Assembly: GCA_964035545.1 (NCBI GenBank)
Contig: OZ037772.1
Location: 6,432,889-6,496,888 of the forward strand
Direction: 5' to 3'
DNA from: Bugula neritina
Taxonomy: Eukaryota > Animalia > Bryozoa
Length of the DNA stretch: 64,000 bases
The notes under the pieces are model-generated. The model did no database searches. It was not told the DNA's origin and was given only the letters and a program-made list of their open reading frames with translations. Each line of letters opens with the position of its first letter. Position 1 is the first letter of the stretch. The position numbers and the translations under genes are program-made. Positions 12,654 to 25,737 of this stretch are shown one piece after another.

Positions 12654-15600
12654 TTAGAAGTGATAGATGGAAGAGTTTGATTCTAGCAAACTTTGAAATC
12701 TGGAAGACGTCACAGTGGAACACTGAAAGCTGTCACTAACTTCACCCGATTCTGCTTCACCTAGTTCTGCTTTACCTAGTTCTGCCTCATTAATATTGGT
12801 GTCAACAGAAACACAATCATTGAATGTATCCATTCCTTCATTGGTTGAGGTAACTGGTTGGTGCCTAGAGTTCTGTAGGTTATGATTCTGAGGTCGATCA
12901 GAGCAAGATATATACTTGGCGTCTACGTGAGAGCTGTCAGCTCCACTCGCATGCGAATTAAAATTTCTACTATTAAAGTATAACTGATCTTTAGAGAATG
13001 GAGTCACTGTATCTATAGTTCTGGTTCTAGGAGAACATATCTTTTGACTTGGGGTATTTGAATCTTTAGGATCAGTTGAAGCTGTCCCACAGATATTGCC
13101 ATTATGTGATGCATTGGTTTGAATACATTTCTGGTCATGTGATCTATGAGCTTGGTCATGTGATCTATTGGTCACTTGACCTTGGCCTTGAACAAGTTTT
13201 CTCCCATCATCCATTGCTAAATAAACAATAATAAGAATGATTGACCACCATTAACTAATGCTTTGAGAGCCATTCATAAACTAGGACCATCAAAATCATT
13301 CACAAGTAATAAACTTTTCGAAGCTAAGTTTAATAAACTAGTTTAATAAAAGCTGGTCATGGTAATAGTGGCAAACAATACTGATGACTAGACAAACTGC
13401 TAGGTCAATGTACTTTGTAACAGCTAAATTAATTTAAATCAGCAGCAGACGTTTGACCTCAATAAACAAATATTATAAAGCTATTCAAAGAAAACATGAC
13501 AAAATAAATACCAAATAAAATAGCGCTACTTATTTATAAATATTATCATAATAGTTTGAATTTCACTTCATCAGAGGAAATATCTTTTAATATTTTGTAT
13601 TTTCTTTTTATTCATACTCCAATTTAGAAAATTACCAATAGTAATACATTTTAGTAAGTTGTTTTCTAAATGACTTACCAGTCATGTGACTTGGATTAGT
13701 TGCTATTGTATTCAATGTCAAAGTATCTAAAAATAGAATAGGGTAAAAGTTATTTCAATACATAACAAAACTTGAACTGCACATTTTTCGTCAAAATTAC
13801 CAACTAATAAAACAAATTAAAAACTCACCAAACCCAGAATTATAATCCTTCACTTGTTCAATAGCCCAGTTTAAAGTTTCTTTCTACAAAAAAAATGACA
13901 TAGTTTAACTATTCTTTTGAATAATAATTCTATTCAGCAAATTTAATTTCTCCCTGTCTTTTAGCATATCTATCTTCTTTCTTTTGCATACTTAACAAAT
14001 TTAACTATCACTAGAAAAAGTTACATATGTTTATAATAATGACTCCAACTGAGTATAGGCTACAGAAACTATAGTTAGCTGTTTCTAAACCAGTATTTCA
14101 GCAAAACTTATTCCCGCATGCGGAGTTAAAACATCATAAAACATAGGCTCAACATGTTTCACAACCAATGCATATGGCACAAGCACAGAGCTAGTTAGAG
14201 TAGTCAAAGTGGAACCTATAAGTAACAGTTTTCAAGAAATTAAGCACTAACTTAAACTAATTTACAGCAACAATCAGTAATAACCAATTAATGATTGGCT
14301 ATTTGGATAAATTAATTTAATGCTAGAAAACCTAGTTGATCGAAACCTTAGCCAAAATTTAGACTAAGATGATTTAATTAATAAAAAACAGTCACCAGGT
14401 AATTTACAACAAACTTCAAAATTTAAAGAAAAACATCATATTTCAAGCAAGGAAAATTCAATGTAAATAAAAATAAAAAAATTATAAAGTTGGTTAAGAC
14501 TGACTTCTGACATAACAGCTGGAATGCATACAAGAAACTCGTAGTTTCTTACCAAGCCACTTTGCTCGTACTTAGACCAGGAATGTAAAACTATGGGGGG
14601 TTCTTCTTTATCCCGCCCCAACCCGTCATACTTGGACAAGTGCAAACTCGTTACCTGCAACACAGAAACCAGATTGTTTAAGAAATTACAGGCAGAAACT
14701 ACTATAATCTATTAAACAGAAACTACTATAATCTATTAAACAGAAACTACTATAATCTATTAAACAGAAACTACTATAATCTATCAAACAGAAACTATCA
14801 TAATATGTCTAACGGAAATTAACTTATAAAAAATATAAAAATGCAACTCCATTATAGAATCTGTGTAAATTGAAAGTATGTTGCTTAGCTACCATATAGA
14901 AGACTTAATTTCAGTTGGTTTATTAATCACACAAAGCTGCTGTAATGCACTGCTAAAATGTATTAAATATATGAAAATAAAGGTATACTATATATTTTAT
15001 ACTGTATTATATAATACAATATACATTATATTATAATATAGTATACAACATATTACGCTATAACCTACTACCTAGTACGTTTTACAGTATATTATTAAAA
15101 ATATAATTTAGCACATGATATAGCACATGATATAGCATATAACGTAGTATAATATAGTATACTATATAGCATACCGCTGCCCGAACAGGACCAAGCAGAG
15201 ATAGGTGAGAAAAATATAACATATCATGTAGTATAGTATACTACATTATATAGCATATCATAGAGTATAGTATACTACATTATATAGCATATCATAGAGT
15301 ATAATATACTACATTATATAGCATATCATAGAGTATAATATACTACATTATATATAACATATCATAGAGTATAATATACAACATTATATAACATATCATG
15401 GAGTATAATATACTACATTATATAACATATCATAGAGTATAATATACTACATTATATAGCATATCATGGAGTATAATATACTACATTATATAACATATCA
15501 TAGAGTATAATATACTACATTATATAACATATCATAGAGTATAATATACTACATTATATAGCATATCATGGAGTATATGATTTCCACTCAGTGTTTACAT

Positions 15601-18600
15601 CAAGTAGCTAATCAGCCAATAAACACTTACCAACTGTCTGGTCTCTGAAGGAATTCTTATTAGACTCAGGTCTCTATTTCTATTTAAAATGTAGTCTATA
15701 TTCTCTACTGGGACGTGGTCAAAGGCAACCTGTAAAACATTAAATCAAATAGTTTTAATACAAAGCGAAGTGAGTCAACAAACACCCAGAAATTAATTAG
15801 TTTTTGTTGGAATTGAGATAAAAAGCTAAACAGTCTGATAAAGAGAATATCAGTGTACATAGTTTAATTTATATTAGTATTCTCTTAAGATACTATATCT
15901 AGTGTGATATTTAAATATTGATAAAATACGTTTGGTGGCAGAAATATAGCAACAATGTATTTATTTAAAAAAATAGTAGGCAACTATTATAGCCTGGGTC
16001 TTAACTTTAGTTTCTAACAGGAGTGTGCTTGAATAAGTATTATAAGAGAAAACTGGTAGCATGAAGCAAATGCCTGCGCGAACTGAAACTTTGGGATGCC
16101 ACTTTGTGCTGATTTATGTGGTCGAATTGCTAGAACTATTTTTGTGATGGTCAACTTGGCTGAGCACTATTATAGTGGCTTCAATTTCGAGTTCTACTTT
16201 GATAATTTCATTTCAATCAATTGAAAGTTGCTGAGAACATCGAGTAAGATTTCAAAATAAAATAATTTAGGACATGGCAAATCTGATTGGTCACTTTAAT
16301 TCTGCTCTTACTGATTACTGTTCCATATGAGAATGATAGAAATTTCAAGTTTGTAAAAGACCTAATAATGAATTATAGCGGTGTGACAACTCTGTAATAG
16401 AACTTTGCTGAAATTTTCCAGACATGAGTCTCTATCGTATAGCATGTCCAACAAACTCTTGGGATGACAACTCACAACTATAGTAGGAGGGAAACCTGCA
16501 GCCTTAGGTTCAGTTAGTAGATTCAGTAAGGCTGGTCTCTCTAGCATCCCGTGATGCGCAGACGAGCTAGGTAAACCTTCAAAGTAATGGAGGTTCTCCA
16601 GAAGATTCCATGAGTATATGACGAGTATGCATTCACAGCTCATCAGCATATTCCTACATTCAAACATATTATATTGTATATACTAGTTGAGACAGATCAA
16701 TTAGGAAAAATTTCATTTATATGTCAAAACTCTGAAAACGCCTATAAGGTCTCTCTATTAGGCTACTTGGACCTAAAGGAAGCCATAAACAGAGGTATGG
16801 TAGTAAAAGGGTCATTTTACTCAATTATTTAGCTAAATTTTTTTTCGTGAGATATAGTAGTGACACTTACTGGTCAACTGCAGCGCTGTATAGTATGATC
16901 TCACAGTTGAAAAAGTCACAGAGCACTTGACACAGAGTGTCGTTCAGATGCTGGTAGAGTTCTTCAGAGATGTATGCCAGACAGACCTTACGACGTGGAT
17001 CCGAGGCTACCATATCTGAGAGCAGACAACAATAAATTATTAACAAAACTGGACGCAGAGGAAATAAAAGTGTTTATATAAACGGAAAATATAAACTCGC
17101 TAAAACAATCATGAAGTATCAAAAAGACTTCATATATCCAGTGTTAATTATACTGAAACTGCATTTACTAGCATATAAATTCCTAATGACATTATACCAC
17201 TTTATTATTTAATTCAAAAGATTGAAAGTATTTGAAAGTGATTACTTTGTAGAAAAAAATTAAATAAATAAATAAAATTTCTATACATTGACAAAGGCTA
17301 CATAGTATGATTGGTTAATGGTTACTACTTGGAATGGAAAGAAGATGAAGACAATGTATTGCCTCTAAACTTAAGTAATACTAACAAGTGATTTATTTAT
17401 AGAATAGGAGTTGTTTTCCCTGATATCTGGAGTAAACTTACTGTAGTAGCTTTTCTGTCCATTGCATAGACTGAAGCACCGCTTTACTGCCTTGGGATAT
17501 CTCAGAGAAAGCAATACAGCCAAGAAAACTGCAGCCATTATGACCACTGCACCAACTGCGGCCCCTATCACCCACCCGTCAACCACTACAACAATGATTC
17601 ACAGGCTAGAAGTTGTTTAGAACTAAAAGAAGTAACAAGAAGTAGGAGAAAAGAATATTATAAAACATTTAAAGTTAGCAGAAAAACATTTAACACTTGA
17701 AAAACAGTTAATAGAGATGATGAAAAAATTATTTACAGCTGCAACAGCCAATGAAGTTCCACGATACATACCTGGAGTTTCAGTGGTGCCTTTAATAGAA
17801 GAGTGTAGCCTACAGTCTGTGCATACACCATTAGCATAACACTGCTGACTTGGACACGGTGTCACAGGTGCTTGTCCTGTAGGGCGCATGGGATGGGGTA
17901 ACACAGCTGAGCTATTCTCAGTTTTATAAGTAGTTATTGTTTTAACTGTTGATGTAGAAGCTACAAAAGTTGAAAGGTATCAAATACATCTCACTTCAAC
18001 TTTGAGTCACTAAAGCATATATATGTTTATGAATTTATAAATATATACATACATACATACGCGCACACACACACACACACACTCGCGCACACACACTCAC
18101 GAGCGCACACACACACACACACACGCGCGCACACACACACACTCGCGAGCGCACACACCGCACACATTCTTTTTGTAACTGGTCAAGAAAGATAGTCGTA
18201 CAGATTTAAACACACAGAAAACCGGAAATGCACACACTGCACACAAGCATACCTATCAAAATCAAAATATGATATCTAAAGCTTGTTTTGTCTACTGAAA
18301 CAGCATTGCATTCACAAACTACTACTAGAATAGAATAAATTCTCTCAGATAAAATTAACTTTAGGTTGGAATTTCCCAAAACACTGCTCAGAGTTATTTA
18401 ACTGGAAGTAGCATACTTGTGAAATCCGGAGTCGTTTGAAATACTTGGAATGCAGTTCCTCCTCGAGATGAAGTAGAGTTCAACAGAGCTGTAATCTCCA
18501 CTATGTAAGTACTGTAACTATGCTTGAGAGAATCTATAGTCAAACTGTAGACTGGATTCTCTACCACAGAGTCATTACTGGCCATGTACTGGATCTGGTA

Positions 18601-21600
18601 GTATCTACACAGCTCAAACTACAATCAACACAAGAGTTCTGACATGCAATGTCTTATGGAACCAACTACTTTTAAGGCCTGAGAATCACACAAAATCATG
18701 TGACGATTTTCGTGAGTTATCCTCTCGTTATGACCAGCTACACACTCGTCCGACGAAACACATAATAAATAGTCCATGAATGAGTCTTGCACGAGATACA
18801 AACAGCAGAAAATTGTCAAATAGAGAAACGTGGTAGAAATTAAATAATTACTGTTGCTAAAATTCTATTGACCAATCAAATGTTAATTTTTTCGTCCATC
18901 GTCTTCATTGTGTACACCCAACGAAGACGATTTCATTTGAATTCCCTCAAATTTTCTCGCACGATTGTGTTTTCGTGTCAAATAGACGATTTCGCGTGAT
19001 CTTCACGAGTGTGTGGCCAGGCCTTTAAAATTACCTAAAATTATTTCATTATAAAAACCTCTAGCAGTGGCTTATAAGGGGTTAGCGTGTGCCTAGTAAG
19101 CATTCAGCCACATGTTCAAGCCGGACAAAGGCCAGTGGTGATGTTAGGAAGAGCATCCAGTTATAATTGCTCCTGTGCCTCATCTAAATAAGTCCTTAGC
19201 CAGCTTTAACAAAAATCCCTTTACATGAGGCGCTTTCTCACTGGGATAGTGACTAAAAACTTGAGTGAGTTTTAAAAACCTCGATAGCAGACAAATTTGC
19301 CTTTGCTGCACAATAGACCAATTGCTTGTACGTCATAAAACTACATTTTCTCTTACTTGATAAGTTCTGACATGGATCCAACCACTAATTTACAATTACC
19401 TAAAGTTAATGTATCACATAAACCTTTAGCAGAGAGATTCGCCATTGTATGCTACATATTAATGAACCAGTAACTTGTATATCATGAGAACTACAGTTTA
19501 TCTTACTTGATATCTTTATGAGTATTATTCAAAAGTAGGTTATTTGATAACTAATAGAATGCTGTCTTTTATAATTAAATATGAAATATATAATCACAGG
19601 CTTTATATTCTAAACTTTGTCTAAACTCTAAAACAGTATAGCAACTTGGTTCTAATACCACTCACGCACACAACTCTCGCAAGTTTAAATCACTCTACGG
19701 TCTGAAAGAGACCCCTGGTGTTTACTAAGCCAGCGCTCAAACCCTGTTGAAGTGATAAAATGTACATAAGAATGTTCCCCAAAATACCTAACTTACAAGT
19801 TTTTTTGCTAAATAGAAGCGCTTTATCCATATGACGTAGCCCACCACACTTTTGGCATCTAAAAGCAAAACATAGATTAAAACATAATAAACTGGGAACT
19901 TAGAGTTGTGTCTGCAATTTTTTCTATAAATTAAGACACTAGTTTTTGGCTTCAAGTATAAAGCAAGTCATAGAAGACAACTCCCTAGATGCAGGTTATA
20001 GACCTCAAAAATAAATTTCATCTGTGCTTGGGTACTGTTTGCCTATTTATACTATACTGCAAAGAGACTGAGCTGTTTGAAATTTAAAGGGAATTATAGA
20101 AGACAACTCTTATTATAAATGGAAAGAAACTTTGAAAACAAATGGAAACTGATTTGCTTAGCGTATGTTCATTGCAAACTTCAAAAAAAGATAGTTAGAC
20201 AATAAAACTGTAAGCTGAAATAAAAGCAAATTTGATCAAAACTTTCGGTGGTTGAAAGTGCGTGAAAGTTGGTCATTGAGTTTTTAAATTGTATGAAAAA
20301 CATTTGAAACTAGTTTAAATGTCAAAAACAATTTTTTTGAAAAATGATGTATTTATTTAGTGGAAGTTGTCTTTCCTCAATTAGCTAACCTTGAGAAGGA
20401 GATTGCCATTCGATGTAGAATCCATACTTGTTGGCATTGTTTTTGAAGACATAGTGGTGCAGCAGGACAGGCTTAGATATAGAATTTGAGTAAGATGAAC
20501 CACCACCCAATCCATGAGCCACGCAGTCACCTGATTAAAACAGCAATTCTATAATATTCCAAACTAATTCTTCATCCATATTTAAAATGTTCAATTTATG
20601 ATTATTTAAAACAATTCTTCAACTTTTCAACTAAATATCTATTTTCAAATTCATCACTGCTTCACTTTAAAACAATCATTTACTTGAACCAAATATAAAT
20701 TTAAAAGCCAACTGGAAAGTTACAGTTCGACTTTAATTAATATCTTATTTCCAAGAAAATGTCAATTAATGTAAGTGAATTTGGTTTATAAGATAGTCCA
20801 GGTTGTTTAGTTTGATTGAGAATTGTCCTTTCTATCCATCTTATTCTGTTAGGAAGGCCGTATTTACTTACTTCGGCTCTCGGATGATTGACAATCGTAG
20901 TTCTACAAATAGAGTAGCAGACGACATGAGTGTCTTCTGCTAATAGCTACAGTCGACTCCCTAACTTCTTGTATTCAACTCACGAACAGAATACCAAAAG
21001 GCTATTAGTACAGTTAAAAGTGTTTTTGTTAATATCAGTGCCTCACTTTGAAAAAAACATTAGCATCAACAAGTAGTTTTACCATAGAATGTTGTATTTT
21101 AGTTCCCTGTGATAAGACTTAGTAGATCACACACAGTTTTATTAGAATGAAACACAAACAAATACATATTTGTACATTATAAGAACTTTATAACAAATTA
21201 ATTAACAGGTTAGGCAAAGCCAGGCATATCTAACTTTCTTTCCGAGCCATATAATAAACGTAAATGTCAACTGTTGATCTACACAGTGAAATTAATCTTA
21301 TCTAAGGCTTTTGTTTATTTAGTATGTTGTGTGCTCAGCTGGCAACTAGTGGTGGAGCCAGCTACAGCAAGCACCCCTACAATTACACTTTTTTTAAACC
21401 AGGATGGTTTAATTTTACTGTTTAATAATTCACAACCATTAATGGTAGCGTAGGGCCACACTGTGAGGGCAAGATGCGTGGAATCCACACCAGCCCAAAA
21501 AGGAGTTGTTGCGTGAGGGTAAAATGTTGAGTGAGAAGTGCAGCAATTAGCCAGTGCAGGTTTGATCTAATTGGCTGTTTACCATTTAGCATGTAGGGAG

Positions 21601-23003
21601 TACTTTTTTAATTTCAATAAAAATAAATTAAAACAGTTTCATATTATAGTTTGCATTTTATTTTAGAGCAGGCAGGCATACAGTTCTGCAGATGTCTACC
21701 TATGCTTAAGTGCAGCAACATTTAATAATCGTAAACACAGCACAAGCCCTGAGTGTAAAACCCTCATAGTTTCATGCTTCAAGAAATGCAGATTGTAAAC
21801 ACTGCAGATCATTATTCAAACTAAAACAGAAAGCATGACTACAGGAGTTGTGTAGAATTGAGCAGAGATTAATATTGTAAGCTAACTTCTTCATTGATCT
21901 GAAAACTTTACTCTTCACTGCATTCTTTTTAAATTATTAAAAGACATTATATTAATATTCTATCATAACCTTGTTGTCTGACAGTGTTGTTCAAGCCTAT
22001 GACTACATGTGACTGCTATATGAATTGAGTTATTGAGTAAGTAACTGAAAGAGTGAGTGATTGATCCATTGATTGATTGAGAGAGTAACTGAGAAAGTGG
22101 AAGAGTGACTGATAGAGTGAATATTGGTTTATTGATTGATTGAGGGTGGGAGAGTTAGTGATTGATAAATTGATTTATTAACTGAGAGTAAGGAAAGAGT
22201 GAATGAGGGAATCATGCAGCTAGCATTTGTTGCTTGACACACTCGAGCAGTGCCTCAATTAACACAAGTATTTCTGCATAATTAATTCTATATCATCAAT
22301 GAATCATTCTGGTGCACAAAGCAAATTTACTCTAGTGAATGAAATGAATGGAAATTATTTGTTCACCAGCTCATGACAACAAAACAGCTTCACCTAACCT
22401 GCCCTGCCCCATGTGTATAGACTATTAGTTGAAAAAACATTCCACCATTGCAGTGATTATGGCACTTGAGAGTAGTACAAGGTGACAATTGTACAATGAT
22501 ACAGGATTGAGGTTCAGCAATTGTAAATATTTCTAATGAAATTTAACACTCATTTGTGGTTTTAAAATCGCACACTCATTTAAACTCTATATGAGAAGTC
22601 AAACTCAATAGAAAATAAAGCAATAATACAAGTGCCATTAAAGGCCAACCTGTCTTATAGTAAAAACATGAACCTAGTTTATTCTACTAATACTTTTCAA
22701 CTTATATGGACAAATCGATATCTCTGCTCTAAAAATGCTTTCCTCATTTCATCTTTTATTTCAAATAATCCAACAGGGTTCTGAATTTTTTCCAAGTGAT
22801 ATATATTATTACCAGTATTTACACTGAATTTCACAACGTGTTTTCATGTCTGTTATATGTAGTTAATAAATAAATCAATCAATCACTCTCAACACATAGG
22901 TTGAATATCTTACTGGAAATCCTTTAGGAGTACAGTCGGCCATTGTAACTGGAAGAGGGGTTTGAAGAAGCAATAGAATCACACACAATAAGGGTCGCAT
23001 CAT
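12654..23003 (-). CDS. IL-17 receptor-like / SEFIR-domain type I membrane protein, short paralogue (682 aa); exons 23003-22914, 20902-20872, 20530-20390, 19858-19797, 18618-18417, 17960-17772, 17585-17442, 17015-16871, 16653-16476, 15729-15631, 14654-14553, 13883-13829, 13726-13679, 13216-12654
   Basis: All 14 GT-AG exons are phase-compatible (2049 nt). Signal peptide MMRPLLCVILLLL; DCTPKG...C...C lead-in and FN3-like strands (FYIEWQSP, GYVIWI, CRYYQI, TYIVEITA); TM WVIGAAVGAVVIMAAVFLAVLLSL; SEFIR/TIR-like core RKVCLAYISE...CEIILY...CILVIYS...VVAFDH...RIPSETRQL. Exon-for-exon homology with the gene at 30713-54658. Confidence 0.85.
14690..14800. repeat. 23-bp tandem repeat (ACAGAAACTACTATAATCTATTA-like), ~4.5 copies
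   Basis: Directly visible, intronic. Confidence 0.9.
15215..15578. repeat. ~33-bp minisatellite (TATCATAGAGTATAATATACTACATTATATAGCA-like)
   Basis: About 11 imperfect tandem copies, intronic. Confidence 0.92.
18040..18165. repeat. (TACA)/(CA)/(CG) compound microsatellite
   Basis: Directly visible. Confidence 0.9.
18675..19025. mobile_element. MITE (PIF/Harbinger-like ends), family copy 1
   Basis: Ends AGGCCTG...CTTCACGAGTGTGTGGCCAGGCCT in TTA/TAA context; interior colinear with 30061-30443. Confidence 0.75.
19063..19270 (+). mobile_element. tRNA-derived SINE copy
   Basis: Family core ggtgatgttaggaagagcatccagttataattgctcctgtgcc and 3' tail. Confidence 0.85.
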
Positions 23004-23811
23004 GACTACCACTTTGAGTTTCTCCCTCAACCGAGGCTAGCAGTGTATAAATGTAGAAGATACTTCAACGTTAGTGTCCGTTGATGGTCATTCAAAGGGC
23101 CTCATCAGGTCACTTTCGATTTCATCACTGATATTTTGACACCTGAATCTGTAAAAATTAACAATCCCATTATCAGCAAATTTACAATATTTTAATGGCT
23201 GTGGGAAGTATTGCTCCTCCTATGACACTAACACTTGCAGTAGAAGACGGCAATATTACATTATAAGAGTTTTAACTACATACTGCACCTAGACTAACAT
23301 TGTGAAATGCCCCACCACTCACTAAGGTTAGGTTATGAGCCTGTAATTAAGCATACAATAAAACCCCACTAACAGTAGTTCACAAAACTACAACAATATC
23401 ACTGAAAAACTCTGCTAGCATAAATAATTACTTAAGACCTGGACTATATTTTTCTCTGTTTACTAACTACCTAGCTTACACTACTAAGGTAAAGCACAGA
23501 TAAGCAGTTTAGTAATATGTAGTTAGCACGTAGGCTCAGAAACAAGAAGCAAGATAAACCCTTACAAGTGATAAACTGCTGACTGAAGTTGATAGATTTC
23601 AGGTTAAACACAGTCAGTCTCAGCATGTTTAATAGTTTAGTTTCCAAGAAATAATAATCTGTTATATAACAAACTGCCTGCCAATCACTTCGTTTCCACT
23701 GAATGAAAATCAAACCACAACCACAAGTTGATGCATACCGGAACCACAAATTCGTTGGTAAAAAAGATTACAGTTGAGCTACTTCAACTCAGCCTTTACA
23801 TAGGCCACTTT

Positions 23812-23980
23812 TAGGAGCAGTAGTGGGGAGATTGAGATAGCCTAAGTTTTATAATTTTATTATTAAATTTTAGTTTGGAGGGCAAGCAAATTTCTTTGAA
23901 GAACATAACTTCTTTCTCTACATTTTTAAGCTAGAACATATGTTTTTTCCAACTTCTCCATTACTGCACCCAACTCCCCT
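23812..23980 (+). repeat. Unclassified ~170-bp dispersed repeat (other copies ~29745-29900 -, ~40425-40580 -, ~46685-46840 +)
   Basis: Shared ggagcagtagtggggagattgagatagcctaagtt...ctagaacac(a)...ttctc...tgcacc across four loci. Confidence 0.7.
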
Positions 23981-24574
23981 AGCTCATGTATAGCAGCCAA
24001 TAAACACACTTTATTGTTAGTATTTATAGCACTAACGCTGCCCTTGAGTACCTCCTCCAATAGAATAAGACAATATAGGACACTCTTAACTATTAATATC
24101 CCATTATAACTTGTTTCTTTAGTAAAATGGCATAGAGAACATGGATTCATAGATACAATCTCTGGGGTAAAACGTATTAAAAACTGCAAGAGAAATAAAA
24201 TCCTATACCATAGACAAGAAAACTGTATTAAAAAAAATTAGATTCCGCATATCTGTATTTACATTTTACATGCTATATAGCACGGAGTTAGTATTCTGAA
24301 GCAGCTGCTAAATTCTTAGTGCTTCAGTATTTTTGAAACTCATTTTAGTTACTTTGTTGTCAGCCTTTTCAGTAGCCTACCTTGTAGTTCTGTTTTAGTT
24401 GTCCAAGAGGCATTCTGCACGTTATGTTGAGAGTAGGAGGAGTAAAACACTAGCTGTATATACCAGAGTCACATGTAACCAAGTAATAATACTAAAACAA
24501 CCATACTGATACCATGCACAGAAAGTATAACACTACAAACACGGCGCATGTAAGTTAAACCAAACCCCAACACT

Positions 24575-24789
24575 ACTCTTGCAAGTTTATAGTCCCCATC
24601 CTTGTGGGAACCGCCTGATGGAAAGATTTTTTGTTAAATCTGGCTAAGGACAATTATGCAGATGGGGCACAGGAGCAATTATGACTGGACGCTTTTCCAA
24701 ACATCACCAATGGCCTTTATTGGGGTTCTAACCCATGACTACATGTCTACCAAACAAACGCTCTAACCTCTAGACCACAGCTGCTCTCT
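24575..24789 (-). mobile_element. tRNA-derived SINE copy
   Basis: Reverse complement of the family consensus. Confidence 0.85.
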
Positions 24790-25317
24790 ACACTACTAGA
24801 CTACTACTAGACTACTACTTAGGTACAAAAGAAAATCATAAATCCAGTATCAACCTTTCAACAAGTTTAACTGACCGAATATACTCACTCACTGACGGAA
24901 TATACAATTTTGCAAATTCGAATAAGTCCTAGATGCGGCATCTATTCGACTATCATTACAAATTAAAACTAGAAAACTCATTTCGACATGGTTAACTGAA
25001 GGATATAATAAAATTCCTAATGCCCATTAATAATTTGCAACAGTTGAGCCAACCAGTAAAATTATTGCAAAATTACTCAAGTATAAACTGTCAATTTGTG
25101 AGCCACATCAAAGTTGCAAATCACTTGAGCTGTGGTTTATGACAACTTCACTCTGAAGGGTAGATTAGGAAGTTTCATCACCTGATTAATACCTGATCTA
25201 ATCTACTTAATAGTATTATTTTCAAATGCATTGTAGAAGAGCATGACTACGCTATAATTCAGTGGGTTTGAATGAAAGTTAAATAATAGGGCGATTCATG
25301 ACTAGCTCCAACTACTA

Positions 25318-25737
25318 GAAAACAACCTACCTACAAGCAAGAAAACAACCTACCTACAAGCAAGAAAACAACCTACCTACAAGCAAGTAAACAACCTACC
25401 TACAAGCAAGAAAACAACCTACCTACAAGCAAGAAAACAACATACCTACAAGCAGAAAACAACCTACCTACAAGCAAGAACACAACCTACCTACAAGCAA
25501 GAAAACAACCTACCTACAAGCAAGAAAACAACCTATCTACAAGCAAGAAAACAATCTACCTACAAGCAGAAAACAACCTACCTACAAGCAAGAAAACAAC
25601 CTACCTACAAGCAAGAAAACAACCTACCTACAAGCAAGAAAACAACCTACCTACAAGCAAGAAAACAATCTACCTACAAGCAAGAAAACAACCTACCTAC
25701 AAGCAAGAAAACAACCTAACTACAAGCAAGAAAACAC
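25318..25737. repeat. 23-bp minisatellite (AAAACAACCTACCTACAAGCAAG), ~18 copies
   Basis: Head-to-tail copies with no unique spacers. Confidence 0.95.

Noticed and set aside
19357-19550. Possible mutually exclusive micro-exons 19399-19357 and 19550-19507 in the short receptor
   Set aside because: Direct joining of 19797 to 18618 is in frame and matches the paralogue (..K|FLEECRFY vs ..L|FELCRYY); the extra exons are not needed and have no counterpart.
24381-24532. Candidate signal-peptide coding exon (contains CFTPPTLNITC in one frame)
   Set aside because: Stops in all three frames; a clean signal exon exists at 23003-22914. At most a 5'UTR exon or decayed duplicate.
25318-25737. CRISPR-like regular repeats (also 34203-34640, 39720-40045)
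   Set aside because: No unique spacers, no cas genes, eukaryotic context.
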